Assembly: GCA_035084275.1 (NCBI GenBank)
Contig: CM068742.1
Location: forward strand, 57,846,001-57,910,000
Direction: 5' to 3'
Length of the DNA stretch: 64,000 bases
Source of the DNA: Hydrolagus colliei
Lineage: Eukaryota
The notes beneath the pieces were generated by a model, which was not told the origin of the DNA, ran no database searches, and saw only the letters and a list, made by a program, of their open reading frames with translations. This document shows, one piece after another, positions 36,613 through 49,740 of the stretch. Position numbers and translations under genes: made by a program. Each line of letters opens with the position of its first letter. The stretch's first letter is position 1.

Positions 36613-37374
36613 CAATAGAAGCCCGTTTATCCGTGACACGATCAATCGTAACTTCCGTATAACCAGCAATGCAAAAAATAGGTCCGCATTCGATAAACCG
36701 GAATTTATCCAGAAAAATGCATTTTTTTGGGTGTTTTGTGTTGTGTCAGTATTTTGGAATGCTGCTACTAGGTGCCTGATGGTGGCGCTAGCTCAGAATG
36801 CTGTCGGTACTGTAAAGCAATGCACTCTCCAGAGTGTACTCTTTGAGAGGCAGAGCGGAGTGAGTTGATTAATTTAGATGTAATTTAGCCACAAAACAGC
36901 AAAATACACACACACACCCTGAGCAAAGCTTGCAAATCAATTCATTAGCTTTTATTTTAATGAAAACGATTCATCCCTGCAATGCTCGTTTGCATCGCAA
37001 GGCTTTTTTGGAAAGAAAGTTCATTGAACTGAGCGGCCGCCGCTCATTCTCTGCTTTCTCAATAACACATTTGCTTTCCTCTCTTCTGCCCCCAATGAGA
37101 ACAGTGTCATTCAGACGTGTAACTTTTGCACTAGTTTAAAGATCTCTCTGAACTGCCTGTTTGCTGTGTGTAAAAGGATTATTACTATTTGTATATTATA
37201 TTATCATATAAATGATTATTTAGTCTATTATCAATATGTTATGTTTTTTTTAATTAAATATATATTTTTTAATGAATAAAGTTTTTTGTATTGGGTTTTC
37301 TGCCAAATATCCGGCAGGCGCTTTAACCGGCACTGGCCAGGTCCCGAGGGTGCCAGATAAACGGGCTTCTACTG
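36613..37374. mobile_element. Complete 762-bp Tigger/pogo-like MITE
   Basis: TA|CAATAGAAGCCCGTTTATCC ... AGATAAACGGGCTTCTACTG|TA gives ~20-bp TIRs and a TA target duplication. No transposase ORF. Confidence 0.9.
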
Positions 37375-37504
37375 TAGTTTGTTGGGACCCTGAAAAGGCT
37401 GGGCTGGTAGAATAAGTGGAGCAGTGTTTATTTTAACCAAATTGTTTGCTTCCTGGCGGATGGGGAAAAAAATTGCACACATGATTCTCCAGGTTTTAGA
37501 TGGC

Positions 37505-37935
37505 AGCCAAGCTCAGTCGATGTCAACTCGTTGTTATCACTCTCACCACTGAGTTAATAGGTTATGATGTGAGTCCACATGAGGACATTGAGCTCTCTGT
37601 CGAAGATAACATTCCTGTACACTGCTGAGGGTATGCTGCATTGTTGGTCATAATATCTTTCAGGTGTATTTTTAAACCAAGCCTATACTTAACTGTTCAG
37701 GTGATCTTTATTGATCCCATGGCACAATTCAAAAAGAGAAAAGGATTTCTCCTCTTGGTGTCATGGCCAGCATTCCATATAATTGGTGACTGACATTAGT
37801 AGCTTGGAATATTGGTATGGTCAAATTAGCTGCTGCATTTGCCTGCAATACACATACTCTGCAAGAAAATCCTATGACGGGTTTTGGGATGACTCAATGA
37901 CATGATAAAGAGCTATATCAAATGCAAGGATTCCT
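37505..37935 (+). mobile_element. Old near-full-length Deu-domain SINE
   Basis: Degraded tRNA head, TGAGGGTATGCTGCATTGTTGG core, GATCCCATGGCACAATTCAA, and a CTATATCAAATGCAAGG tail. Confidence 0.7.
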
Positions 37936-39559
37936 AATATATATTATATTTTAGCAAGAGGTGAGACACATTCATTAAAATGGATGGGAGAGTATATTGC
38001 TTCAAGGAGTGAAAAGCTAAAGGAATATTAAATATCAAAGATTATTGATATTCCCATAAAAATCATTGAAACAATTTGAAGAGGAAAAGGAACTACCCAG
38101 CATAATTGAAATTTTATATCTATCTTTGTGAGATGTGATAAACGCAGTAACGATTGGATTTATTCCAGATACCATCATTCTAGTACGTCCTTGAAGCTAA
38201 GCATAATAAAGACGTTTGGTTTCTAGGATGTATAAACACCTTGAAATGATAAACCTGAAACATCATTTAGAGTTACACATATTTTGGAGAAAGACAAGAC
38301 ATTCTGTTGATTCCAGAATTAGCTACAGCTAGAAGAGTCACGGTGGCCTCATGAAATCCATTTGCTTTGCTGATCCCAAATAAATAATCCATCATGGCAC
38401 CTGGGCTCCAGCCAGTTATATTGTGAGATTCTCAAATGAGAAACCCTGCCAGAGCTTTCAATAAGTCATGGATACATTGTCACAGATGTTATGATAACAC
38501 TTACAGCACAGCAGTTTGGGGTATTTGCTTGCAGACTAATAAACTGGGATTCTGCTAGGCCTTTGGTAACACTAACTGTTAGTGAGGGATTTTCACAATA
38601 ACACATTGAAAAAGGCTTTACGTGCAATGCTGACCATAGATTCAGTCCATGAAACGGATCGAGAATGTGACAATTCAGTTGGAATCCTTAATTGAAGAAC
38701 CCAGAATTAACTCAAGCTGACTTATGGGAAGTCCTTCCAAAACAATTGGAGGTATCATTGGATAAATGTTCTGTGAGTTGATGGGATCTGCCTTATTTTC
38801 CACTAGAAAGTCTTAATTATGAAATCTCATTGGACATAACCATGGTTTAGATAATAATATATCTGCAATGTTTAATGCTCCTAAAGAGTAAGATCTATTA
38901 TTCGGTGACCTGGAAAAGAAATGCTATCGAAACCACCCAGAGAGTGTCAAAAACAACAACTTATATTTATATAGTGCTCTTCATGGCAAGACAAAGGGAT
39001 TGAGTGAGAGAGTTGCGCAACTTCGAGGCATAGTGTCTGAAAACACAGCCATTGATGATGAGGTGGAGGGTTCAGAGGACAAGGAGCAATTTGGGACAAG
39101 AAAATAAACTAATCTCTGATCCCAACACAAATGGGATTATTCTCACCACTTCTGATAAACCTGAAAATTAAAGGCCTGACAAATGGGATCATTTTAGTTA
39201 GACAAGCACTTGGAATTCTACCATTGCTTTGCAGTGGTAAGTTGCATTGTTTTAATTGGTTGAACTCAAGCAGTAGCTCAAGGCTTGAGGACTCTGGAGT
39301 CTTCAACTCATAACTCTTGCCCACCTCCACCTAAATTATTTTGAATGAGGTACATGGGGTGACTCTCTGGGGATAAAGCACCTCCTCTCTACCAAATCGT
39401 CCATGCAGATGAGAACATTTCAATGGTTTGATATGAATATTTAAGCATTGAGGATGAACATTTCAGTGTGATAGATACCAGGCTGACCATAATCCCTCCG
39501 CCCCATTTATATAGTAGCTCACAAAGCTGACTGAGTAGCTGAGTGGGGGATGCCTAAGT

Positions 39560-39990
39560 AGGGTAAATGATGGGAGGAAAAGGAAAAAAGCATGGTTAAA
39601 ATTGGTCTTAGTGCAGACTCTAAAGGTGGTTTATTCACAGCTTGGTCACAGGCTGGACTCTGAGATGGAATTCCAGAGAGTGGGTGCAGGAATACAGAAA
39701 GCTTGCTGACCAATAGAAGGGTGGATCGAGCAGTGCACATGAAACAGGCAGCTGTTAGCCGAGCGTATGGAGGGGCCAGGACAGTAGGGTTTCAAGAGGT
39801 CATAGAGGTAAGGTATGGTGAGACACTGGAGAGATTTGTATATTAGGACTTGAACCCCTGAGGGATGGAGAGGCAGAGTTTCTGAGTAAGGATGGGAATG
39901 GTAGACTCATTGAGCCAGTGATGGGACAGGACAAGGGCTATAGGATTGTGGATGATCTACCACTTCTTTTTATAGGGAGGAGTTGGGGAA
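39560..39990 (-). mobile_element. Old L2 fragment
   Basis: GATGGAATTCCAGAGAGTGGGTGCAG...GAAAGC is the reverse of the AF....P.LWNS.P motif. Confidence 0.6.
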
Positions 39991-40214
39991 TTTACTGTAC
40001 AGGGCACTTTAATAATTGAGTACTTCACACGTTTAAGTAAAGACTGGTCTGGAGCAGCTCATCAGAGAGATAATTTTGGAGAACTAAGGGAAAACAATAA
40101 ACAGGATCTATGTTTTGAATTAATCATTGAATTGATATGTTTAAAAGGGAACATTAAACATAATTTAATTTTTAATTTTTTTCCAGTATTCAATGTATTG
40201 TGCACTTCCATCGG

Positions 40215-40350
40215 TTATCCTGCCTCCCCTCTCTTCCCTCCACCCTCTCTTCCCTCCCCAGCTCAGATCTGAATCACTGACTGTCCAGCGCCTTGGGACA
40301 TCCTCCCAACGTGAAAGGTGCTATACAAATGTAATTTTGTTGTTGTTGTT
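40215..40350 (+). mobile_element. L2 3' UTR and tail
   Basis: CTGTCCAGCGCCTTGGGACATCCTCCCAACGTGAAAGGTGCTATACAAATGTAATTTTGTTGTTG. Confidence 0.85.
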
Positions 40351-41696
40351 ATTAAAGGATGCCTAAAGGAGAACAGGGTACTCAATGTTATGTGTGTGGT
40401 ACAGGAGGATTCTTGTTGAAGACATTAACAATTTAGTATTTATTGTAGAAACCTAAGCTCCAACTTTGAAGAGATATTCGAAATTATGCACATTTGGGGG
40501 ACAACATGCTAAGGATCTCTCATGTCTCCCAATTGGAAATGTGTTATTCAAGTACAGTAATATACAATGCACCTTTGCAAATATTTAGATAGAAGAAGAT
40601 CGAATTGTGACTAATATGTCCTTATTATATGAACATAATAAGAGTTGGATGTTTTAGACAGTACTGTATCATGTGCATTATTATTTCTGATCGTTCCTTT
40701 GAAATATTAGGATATTGTGGATGCGTCACTCCTGGAATTATCCTAAGTGCACTAATCTCAGAGTGGTTGTGTTTCCTTAAACTATAACAACAATAAATAT
40801 AAATAAGTGCAAAAGGAAAATATATCCCAAACTGTCCTTCATCAAAGCCTGTTTGTCTCTTATATTCTGGAAGGATGAGTTCAAAACGGCCAAAGGGTCT
40901 CCTTCATTTGAACTCTCTTGTGATCTTATGCCGAACACTGTGAGTTTCCTGTTTACATCATCACTGCCCATCTATCAGACTGTAATTGTAAAGGCAGTCT
41001 TCTAGAAGCTAAGAGAATTCATTAAAACTAGGGGACAGAGAAAATGTCTAGAGAAAGATGATCAAAATTAGCAAAGGCAGGAAATGATAAGAAAATATTT
41101 TACATAAAATCAAAGAGAAATAATATATGAAGGTAGAACTTCTTTTAGGGATTGGAATAATAAGCAGGAGCAAACCATGATTCAGAGACTCAATTCATTT
41201 TAGTTTCATCGATTCAAAACTTGTGCAAACCCACAAAAGGAATTAATTCTATTTAAACATCTTCCCACCTGTCAAACACTAATGGCTTTACAGTTAACCC
41301 AAAGCAACATATTACGTTATCCACGCTATGCTATGGGCCCTAATATTAACTCATTAGAGATCATTTAACTTCAGTCCACTTCCCCCAGAATACAACTATT
41401 CTGAACACTGACAGCTTTTACTGTAGGCTCTGTGAGATATTAGCAATTATCTCTTCTCCGAACAGCACAGTGAATGGTTTCTACTTATAAAATGCATAAA
41501 GTAGTAATTGTTGCTTAAGTAATCTTAAAAGCTAACCACTCACAAAGTGTTCATAGTTTCAAAAATATGTTAATTGGAGGTAGTCAAACAGCAAAAATGC
41601 CGTTATTATGTTTCATTTCTGGCAAAGTCTTAACTAGTTAAACAAAATCACTTTGGGCTGCACTCCAGTCAATGACATGAATGATGCTACCCGTAT

Positions 41697-41900
41697 AACA
41701 ACAATTTGCATTTATTTAGCACCCTATAGATTAATAAATTGGAGTGCTTCACAATGGCGGACTTGGCCAAGGGAAACATGGGACGGTGACCATAGGCATG
41801 GTTAAAGAGGTTTAAGGAAGGATTTAAAGACAAAGAAAGGGCAAGGTGTGGGATAGAGACAGGTAATTCCAGAGGTTGGGAGCATCCTGACTGAAGGCTC
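41697..41900 (-). mobile_element. Old L2 3' fragment
   Basis: AACAACAATTTGCATTTAT tail and an AATTCCAGAGG motif. Confidence 0.6.
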
Positions 41901-43489
41901 AGGTTGGGAAAAATCCATAGCAATCAAAGAGTTTAGTTTGTTCAGTTTTCATACCCAATCATAATCAATATGAAAGCAGAACATCAGCGCTTGATTCCAA
42001 AGATTGATCACTGAATTTAAGAAGTGGAATAGACTGCCAAACCATTGCTCAAAGAATGGAATAATCTTATATCATGGCACAGGCCATTCATTCCTATGTC
42101 ACATTTCATGAGTAACACGTAAAAGTTATTTGCAACTCAATTCCTTATTTTTCCTCCACCCCTTGTGATTCTGCTTCCAGACAAGACCTTGGCTCTATAT
42201 GATTAGCTATTAAAATAGTTGCAACACATAACATACTCCAGGTAGAAGTTTAACTTTTTTTGGTTCTTTGTTAAAGCAATTTGTCACAACGTACAGGCAA
42301 AGTGTATTCCCTCTCCTGGACAATGATGGGAGGATCGATATCTGTCGTGCTTAGTTCTAATCTGCACCCTGTTACCTAGTATGCAGGAAGGAATACACAA
42401 CGTGAGCTACAAACAGCTCTCATAACTTGAAAAAGTGTTCCAAGCCAGGGAAGGATCGATAGGATAAATAGAAGAATTTAATTGGGAGCAGAAATTGCAT
42501 CTCGTAATGTATTCAGAAACAATGGTATTAGAATTACATAGAATATTCTAGCATTGGAAAAGACTATTTGGCCCTTCTAGCCCATAACAGCATTTGTACA
42601 GCCCAGCACATCCTCCTCATCCTGACTCATCTATTCCTCTATTCCCCTCTCTCTCAGATATCAATCAAGTTTTCTTTCAAACTTTATTAAAATTTAGCAC
42701 TGTGCATTGCATTCCTAGGAGCATAGTACAGCTTTGGACACTATTAACTGGTGAAACTAGCAGTTTAACTCAACATAAAAGGAATACAGAAACTTAGATC
42801 GCTCATGTCAACTGAATTAAAGAGTTTCGCAAAATTCTTAAAATTTAAGATGGTGGTGTTACGGTTAATACAATGAGGATTTTAGGCTTCAGTTTACAAT
42901 ATTGAATAATAGAATTCCATAATAGAGTGAGTCAATTAACTAAATTCATTACTGGACTCTATACCTCACCCTATTAGACAGTATAATTTATTTCTAAGGA
43001 GATTTAAAAAATAGATTTTGTAGCCTTGACTGGATTTGCAAATTACTTCTGCCAACTCAGTCTGTTACATAATCATGTTGACAGGTCCCAAGGGGTCTGT
43101 AGTTCTGGTGTTGTGCTCTGTTGACTGGTCTGCCATATTGAATTCCATAGGGTCCTGTTGTATAAGTTAGCTTATCTATTTCTGTCAGTTTTTTCTGTCT
43201 CCTCATTTTGTTACATGGTTCAGATTCATAGCCCTATCGTCTGATTTTGTAACCTCGATCTTTTTTGAGTTCTGTTGCATATTTCTAGCATTGGATACTG
43301 TCACCTCCTTGTGTTAACACAGGAACTTAGGAATGTGCAGAATAGAAAAAGAACAGTTTAATTTTCAAATGATATCTCTCCCTGTCTAACATCTCTTGTC
43401 AATTTCCTTCACGGTCAATAGTCCATCAAATCCCACTTGAAACTGCTTCCATTGCTTCTCTGAGCAACATGATTCCTCAGTGCATATCA

Positions 43490-44190
43490 GCCTTGCTGAA
43501 TTGGCAGAACACTCACCTCTGGGTCAGAAGGTTATGGATTCAAGCTCAATACTAGAGACTGTGGGGCCGCAGGCTAGGCTGAAACTCTCGTGTAGTAGTG
43601 TCAAATCACTACATTGTTAGAAGTGCTATGCTTTGGATGGGGCGTTAAATTAAGATCATATCTGCCTGTTCTTTAAAAAATGACACCGTTGGAAAAGTGA
43701 AAGGATAATTTCCCAGTGTCCTGGCCAGCAATCTTTGAGAATAAAACACTTAATCAATTCTCGGCAGTTTGTGGGACACCCACTAATCAAATTGGCTGCT
43801 TTGTTTAATTAAACAATGGCTTGGTTTGTTGAAGGCTGCTTTGTAGGCTCTAAACAAGTGTAATTTTGTTGTTGTTGTACACTTAGTTGTGTGAGCATTG
43901 GATATTGGCTGTAAATACCATGGTCAGCCATCCATCATTTTGACCCTACCCTGACTCCTCCCCTCACCATCTTTCCCTCCTTTTTCCCCTAATCCCACTT
44001 CCATGACTGTTTGTGGGACACTGCTGTGCGCAATTTGGCTGCCACTCTTCGCCCACAAATATAGTCAATTTTTTTTACACTTCTTCATCCTGTCCCGACC
44101 CCTCCCCACCTGCTCTTGTCCCTGCCTAACTGTACAGCGCCTTGGGACGTCCTCTTGATGTGAAAGGCGCTATATAAATGTAAGTTTTGA
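43490..44190 (+). mobile_element. Cluster of an old Deu SINE, L2 tails and a SINE body fragment
   Basis: tRNA head and Deu core at 43490-43830, L2 tails ending near 43878 and 44190, and a SINE body at 44001-44080. Confidence 0.65.
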
Positions 44191-45103
44191 TTGATTGATT
44201 TTGAGACTGATAACATTGAGTAATATGTGTGGACACTGGAAGTTGAAGTTGAGGCAATTGTGGTGTCTTGGTGTTGAAAAAATAATATTTAATAAAGATC
44301 TAGCTCTGGGAGAAACATCAAATAGGTCTATAATATCCAAGTCAGATTTGTATGTGTCAAACTAGTCCTCAAATTTACATTGAGTAGGATAAAGCTGCCT
44401 CATTCCAAATGCGATGCTATTTTGTTGGCAATTTATTTATCTAGAAAGAATCTGCATTTTCATAGCATTTTACGATGTCAAAATAGCTCAAAGTGGTTTA
44501 CAGTAATTACTAGCATTAAATAATTTACAAGTGGTTGGAAGTGTTGATTGAGTAACGGAAGCTTCATTGAGTTTAGAACAAGCATATAGTTGGCGCTTTT
44601 GTTGATGAACTGCATTTAATCCCAACCATTCCTGCTAGGAACGGTTAATACAGTTGGTAAAAACAAAGTACATTCTGAATCAATACATATTTGAAAAGAT
44701 TGGTGATTTGCAAATATACAATACCAAACCATTATTGCATCTTGACTGGTTTCTCCTCTACTATAAAGTATGGTAGTACTGTATTTTAGTAAGATTTTGT
44801 AATTAAAATGAATTCAATCCCCACTTTGGACTTTGGGATTGGGATAGTGTAAAATGATATTCCAATGCAGTACAAGGATGGTGCTGCATTGTCAGAGGAG
44901 CTATTCTTTGAATGAGACAAACTATAACTTGCTTTTACATAACTCTTCATGTGAATTTGAATCTTGGAGATCTAAACATTGAGATGTTTAGGTCGATTTG
45001 AGATGTCTCAATGACATAATAAGGTGCTGTATCAAATCTAAGGATTATTATTATAATATACTGTATGTGGTTTCATAAGAGGTTCAATATAATTGAATAT
45101 CAT

Positions 45104-45430
45104 GGAGTCCTGTAGCTCTACACCTTGCTTGCAAGGTGTAGAGCACTCACCTTGCAAGCAAGAGACCTTGGTTCAATTCCAGGTAGGACAAAACCTTTAA
45201 CAAGTTTCCTTATTCCACACTCCTGATAATAATCCCTCGAAAATAAAACAATAAAACATTGGTCATTTTGATCCATGACTGTTTGTGAGGTGTTGTGGTA
45301 TGCAAGTGGCTGCCGTGTTTCGCCACAGATGTACAGTCAATTCACTTCCGAGTATATTCTATGAAGCGCTTTGAGACGTCTAGAAGTCTTGAAAAGTGCT
45401 ACATCAGATTGCAAGTATCATTATTTTTAT
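45104..45430 (+). mobile_element. Full-length tRNA-derived SINE with a rearranged A box
   Basis: GGAGTCCTGTAGCTC start, GGTTCAATTCC B box, standard body and tail. Confidence 0.9.
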
Positions 45431-45599
45431 GATACGTCCTATATCAAATGCAAGTACAGTATCATTATTATTATGATTATTGGGACATGCTCCCAACGTG
45501 AAAGGCGCTCTAAAAGTGTAATTTTGTTGTTATTGTATGATTATTATTGGCAGAATTTGACACCAAAGTGGGGAGAAAGGGGAGGTGATCATACTTCTA

Positions 45600-46010
45600 A
45601 AGGAAAGCCTTCAGGTGTGATTTGAATACATCTCAGAGGCGAACTTATAGAGATGTGTAAAATTTTAAATGATATTGGAAAAGCAAACATACAGAACAAT
45701 ACTTTAGGATGAACAATGAACAAAGAGGGCACAGGTCTAGAGTTGCAAAGGGCAATTTGAGGTCAGATATCAGGATGGTTTTCTTCCTTGGAACAGATGG
45801 TCTGGTGGGTTGCTTGAGGGCAGGACATCGGACCCATTTGAAAACCAGCTTGATTTTGTGTAAGGATTAGATAAAATAAAATGAAGGGCCTTCTTCATCA
45901 AAACCAATCTTGCGATAAACAGGAATGGAGAAAATGCAGGAGAATAGGACTAAATGAATGGCAATTTCAGAAAGCTAGCACAGACACAATGGGCTGTGTT
46001 ATATATTTCT
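45600..46010 (+). mobile_element. Degraded CR1 3' end
   Basis: CTCAGAGGCGAACTTATAGAGATGTGTAAAATT (LRGELIEMCKI) and an AGCTAGCACAGACACAATGGGCTG UTR. Confidence 0.65.
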
Positions 46011-46566
46011 ATGGTCGGTTGACCTGGAATAGGACATTAGAAGTGATTTCAGCAGCTCGGATCTTTTTGCAAGAGACATTGAGATCAGTTTGTAAATTTG
46101 CAACCCCTGTTTATTGTATTACTAGCACTATTTGCAGTGAAAATCACAAATTTTAAATCGTCAAAGTCCCATAAAATGAAATGAGAAAGAGATTCCAGTC
46201 AAAATGTTTGATATTTTAAACATTCCCATTTGTAGAGGTGTAGAACTGACAGTATTAATTATTCACAAGAGAGATCAGTTACGAATTTTCATTCCAATTC
46301 GTATATATTTGTTTCTTCTAATAATCTTTATTTCATTTACCTGTAGTAATCCTGACCTCCTCTTGATTTTTTTCCACTGCACTCCCACTACAATTTTTGG
46401 TCTATAATTCCTACTGTGTGTGTCGTAATGATTTTTTTTAATATCAGGTCTTCTTGATCTCTGACTGACAGAAATCTTTATTACCTTTGCTTGCCTGCAT
46501 TTCTTTTTATGTGGAGTACAGTCTATGATCTCAGTCAAGCTGTCTGTATTTTCTGCTATCCGTTAG

Positions 46567-46634
46567 TTGCCACCACTGCTGGCTCCACTCCCCTCCCAAT
46601 ACAAAACTGTACAACAGAGGTGTATACTGAGTAG
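46567..46634 (+). CDS. Candidate alternative terminal coding exon of PCDH7 (speculative)
   Basis: Acceptor CTGTCTGTATTTTCTGCTATCCGTTAG. In phase 1 it reads VATTAGSTPLPIQNCTTEVYTE, followed by TAG TAA. Confidence 0.35.
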
Positions 46635-46754
46635 TAAAGCGCATCAGCAAGGTGACATCAAGTACTTCCCTCACTATTGGCAGAATTTACAATTCTTGCT
46701 TTCCAGGATTTTCTTGGATATCAGGGAAGGTGAACCAGCAACAATTAAGAACCC

Positions 46755-47070
46755 AACAACTTGCACTTATATAGCATCTGCACGTAGAATAACATTGAAG
46801 TAATATACAGAGTGAATGGGATGACTGAGCACCAGACAAGTTGGGAGCATGAAAGCATAGGCAAAGAGGTAGATCTTTAGGTCGTTTTTTAGGCAAGAAG
46901 TGAAGTGTGGTGTGAATAGATTTTGATACGCTTTGAGACATCCTCCCGACATGGAAGACACTTTACAAATGTAAATTGCAATTTAATTCCATTGCTTTGT
47001 ATTTTTGAAGTGAGTTCCAGAGCGAGAGGATACATTGACTGAAAGCTCAACCACTGATGTTGGGACAGAA
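46755..47070 (-). mobile_element. Old L2 3' fragment containing an opposite-strand tail fragment
   Basis: CAACAACTTGCACTTATATAG tail, and LKNDLKIYLFAYAF on the minus strand. Confidence 0.6.
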
Positions 47071-47124
47071 GGGGGCAAAATTTGAATTTGAGGAAAAAAA
47101 ACCTCGAAACCCAAACTATGATCA

Positions 47125-47286
47125 ATCAATCCATGACTGTTTGTGGCACAATGCTGTGCACAATTAGTTACCATATTTCACCCACAGTAAAATCAATAAA
47201 CAGTCAAATCACTTCACAGTATATTCTATTAAGCACTTTGAGATAACGTGTTAAGTCGCCATATATAAAGCAAGCATTATTATTAT
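47125..47286 (+). mobile_element. SINE 3' half
   Basis: CAATCCATGACTGTTTGTGG...CAAGCATTATTATTA. Confidence 0.75.
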
Positions 47287-48882
47287 ACCTTTGTGACAAC
47301 AGCTCGTGAGTCAATTTGCATATGCTTGGTTATGTATTTGTTGCCAAAGGTTGTGCAACATGGGTCACAATCTGTTCATTTCTGCAACTCTCTTACAATA
47401 CAAACATAATAACTATATACTGGACATGGAAAAGCCAATTGGACAGTATGACTACCATCCTGCTGTTAGATTGCCCTTCATATGATGAGTGCCTGGCAGT
47501 GAACATATGGTCCAGCCGTAGGCTATCCTTACCTCAATGATATTTCACTTGTGATGCCTAGGCCCTTTCACAGGTTGATCCATTGGAGCTCCAGTCTTAC
47601 ATTCTGGTGCCAAATGGTGCAACCACACAAATAAAATATTTGACAAACATTCCCAATCCAGTCATTAAAAATAAGCAGAGAAGCTCCTATCAATATATAA
47701 AGGCCACTCGTTGGAGCTGTACATGTTTTACACGGTGCATACTGGCAGGAAAATGTAAAGAATTAGACAAGTGCATATTTGCTATCAATAATAGAGCAGG
47801 AGCTCATTCAATAGGAAGTTCCACATTTGTTGAGTATTTCTGTGTGCAGGCAGTGATAGAAAATATCAGAATTCATAACCATTATTAACATTGGTCTGCT
47901 ACATATTGAATAACCATATATGAGAATATCTGTCCCTCTTTTTCCCCATTCCTGCCCATATCAGAATTTCCTACTGGCACTGGTTAGCATGGATAATACG
48001 AATACTACTACAGTACTAATAATAATCCTTGCATTTGAGACGTTTTTGAGAAGTGAATTGACTGTATATTTTGTTTTCTAGTGAGATTCAACAACAGTGA
48101 GACTCCTTTGTAAATTCAGTTTGAAACTCCCACACTTTTCATCCCCATTGTTGTTTTAATACACAGTGGTTTACAAATCAGTGCCTAAGTGAATGAACTG
48201 TTGCCTGCTGCTAATGCTTCCTGCACAGTTGCCTGTCGAGTACAAGCGAAACGTGAAAAATGTAAAAACAAAATCAGCGAACGTCCTCCAATGCATTATT
48301 CAGCAACATATGGAGGAACAGATAAATTATTAAAGCAGTCTAGTAGCCAAAGCAAGTTCAGTTTGTAAGAACCTATTAATACAGATATTTGCAGAATTCA
48401 CTTCAGGGAACAGTAGAACGTATTGCCGCCATATGCTCGCGTGCTTACGATTTGATTGACTGAAACTACAGTTCATTTAAGTAATTCATGGAAATGAAGG
48501 GCAATTTTAGCTTTTACACCGACATTAGTTATTTTCACTGATGTATTCCTGCAATGGTACAATTCAGCATTTTTTTTTGAATCACTGAAAATAATGAAAG
48601 CTAAGATTAACAGGGAAAACTGTGATTTATTATTGTGCATTACTAAACAGTCAAATTAACAATCTAAGAGCACACGCCAACTACCCTTTGCCTTCTCCCC
48701 ACTGGGCTGGTGTAACAATTCCTGATGGTCAAAGGCGACAGCATTGTCGCCAGCGCTAGCTGTGAACATATTGGGCAGCATGGACTGTAGCTGTTTTCAA
48801 AGGAACAATATGGAACCGTTCTTGCATCTCGACTGGTTCAGACATTTTGCAGAGACTTGGTTTACTGAGTTTTGAATGCTCT

Positions 48883-48906
48883 GTATGTGTGTGTGTGTGT
48901 GTGTGT
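48883..48906. repeat. (TG)n microsatellite
   Basis: TGTATGTGTGTGTGTGTGTGTGT. Confidence 0.9.
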
Positions 48907-49672
48907 AACCAAGCATGAACAATTTACTCTTTGTGAGACCATCTTGCCAGTTTGGTCACAAAAGAATTGGACTGCACGATGTTTGCATTATAATGCAAGC
49001 AGGATCAGTAACTATTTTCGGGTTGTGTGATTAATAGTTAATAATCTCCTAAAAGCAAAGAGACAGAACAACAGGTCTGGTGGCATTTTCGTAGAAGATA
49101 CACCACAGATAAAGCTGAAACCCACAAGGTGATCTCATAAAGAAGCACGGCCGACAGTATTTGGAGTAAGATGAGCTGCCCATCTGCCAGTCTATTCTGT
49201 GCCTGGAATGGTTTAAACTCATTTGTGCGGTGAGTGAATTTTGTACAAATTATGCACAATACAAATTAAAATGCTGATACTGATTCAAATGGCTTCTGGC
49301 ATGTTGATAGATTTGAAGTAAAGAGCAACATTTAAAACAATGGAATAGAGAGTGCTTGTCACAGTGGAATTGGTGGCAGTTTTCTTATTTCACTGTTGTG
49401 GATGAGCGCAACATGTTTTGTACAATTTGTGTTCATCTACAATTTACATTATTTTGTGTTGCTAATCCATGTTTTACATCCCAATGTCATGTCTTAGAGA
49501 GGGAATAGCATTGAATGGATCAATACAGTTACAGTGACCATAGTCTTCTAGTGGTTTATTTTCAACATCCTCTGCTTGTTGCATGCTGGTTTTTCCAGTA
49601 AAATGTCTAATCTTCTCCCCTCTCCAGAATTCTGTCATCTTGCATGGATATCTAGATCAAGGACTGAATTGT

Positions 49673-49740
49673 GTGGGGGACAGGGGTGGGGGTGGGTGCA
49701 GGTTGGGTGGTGGGTGGGGGAGCTGCGGAGGGGGAAGGAA
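49673..49740 (+). repeat. G-rich tract, potential G-quadruplex
   Basis: Eight runs of three or more G within ~65 nt. Confidence 0.6.
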
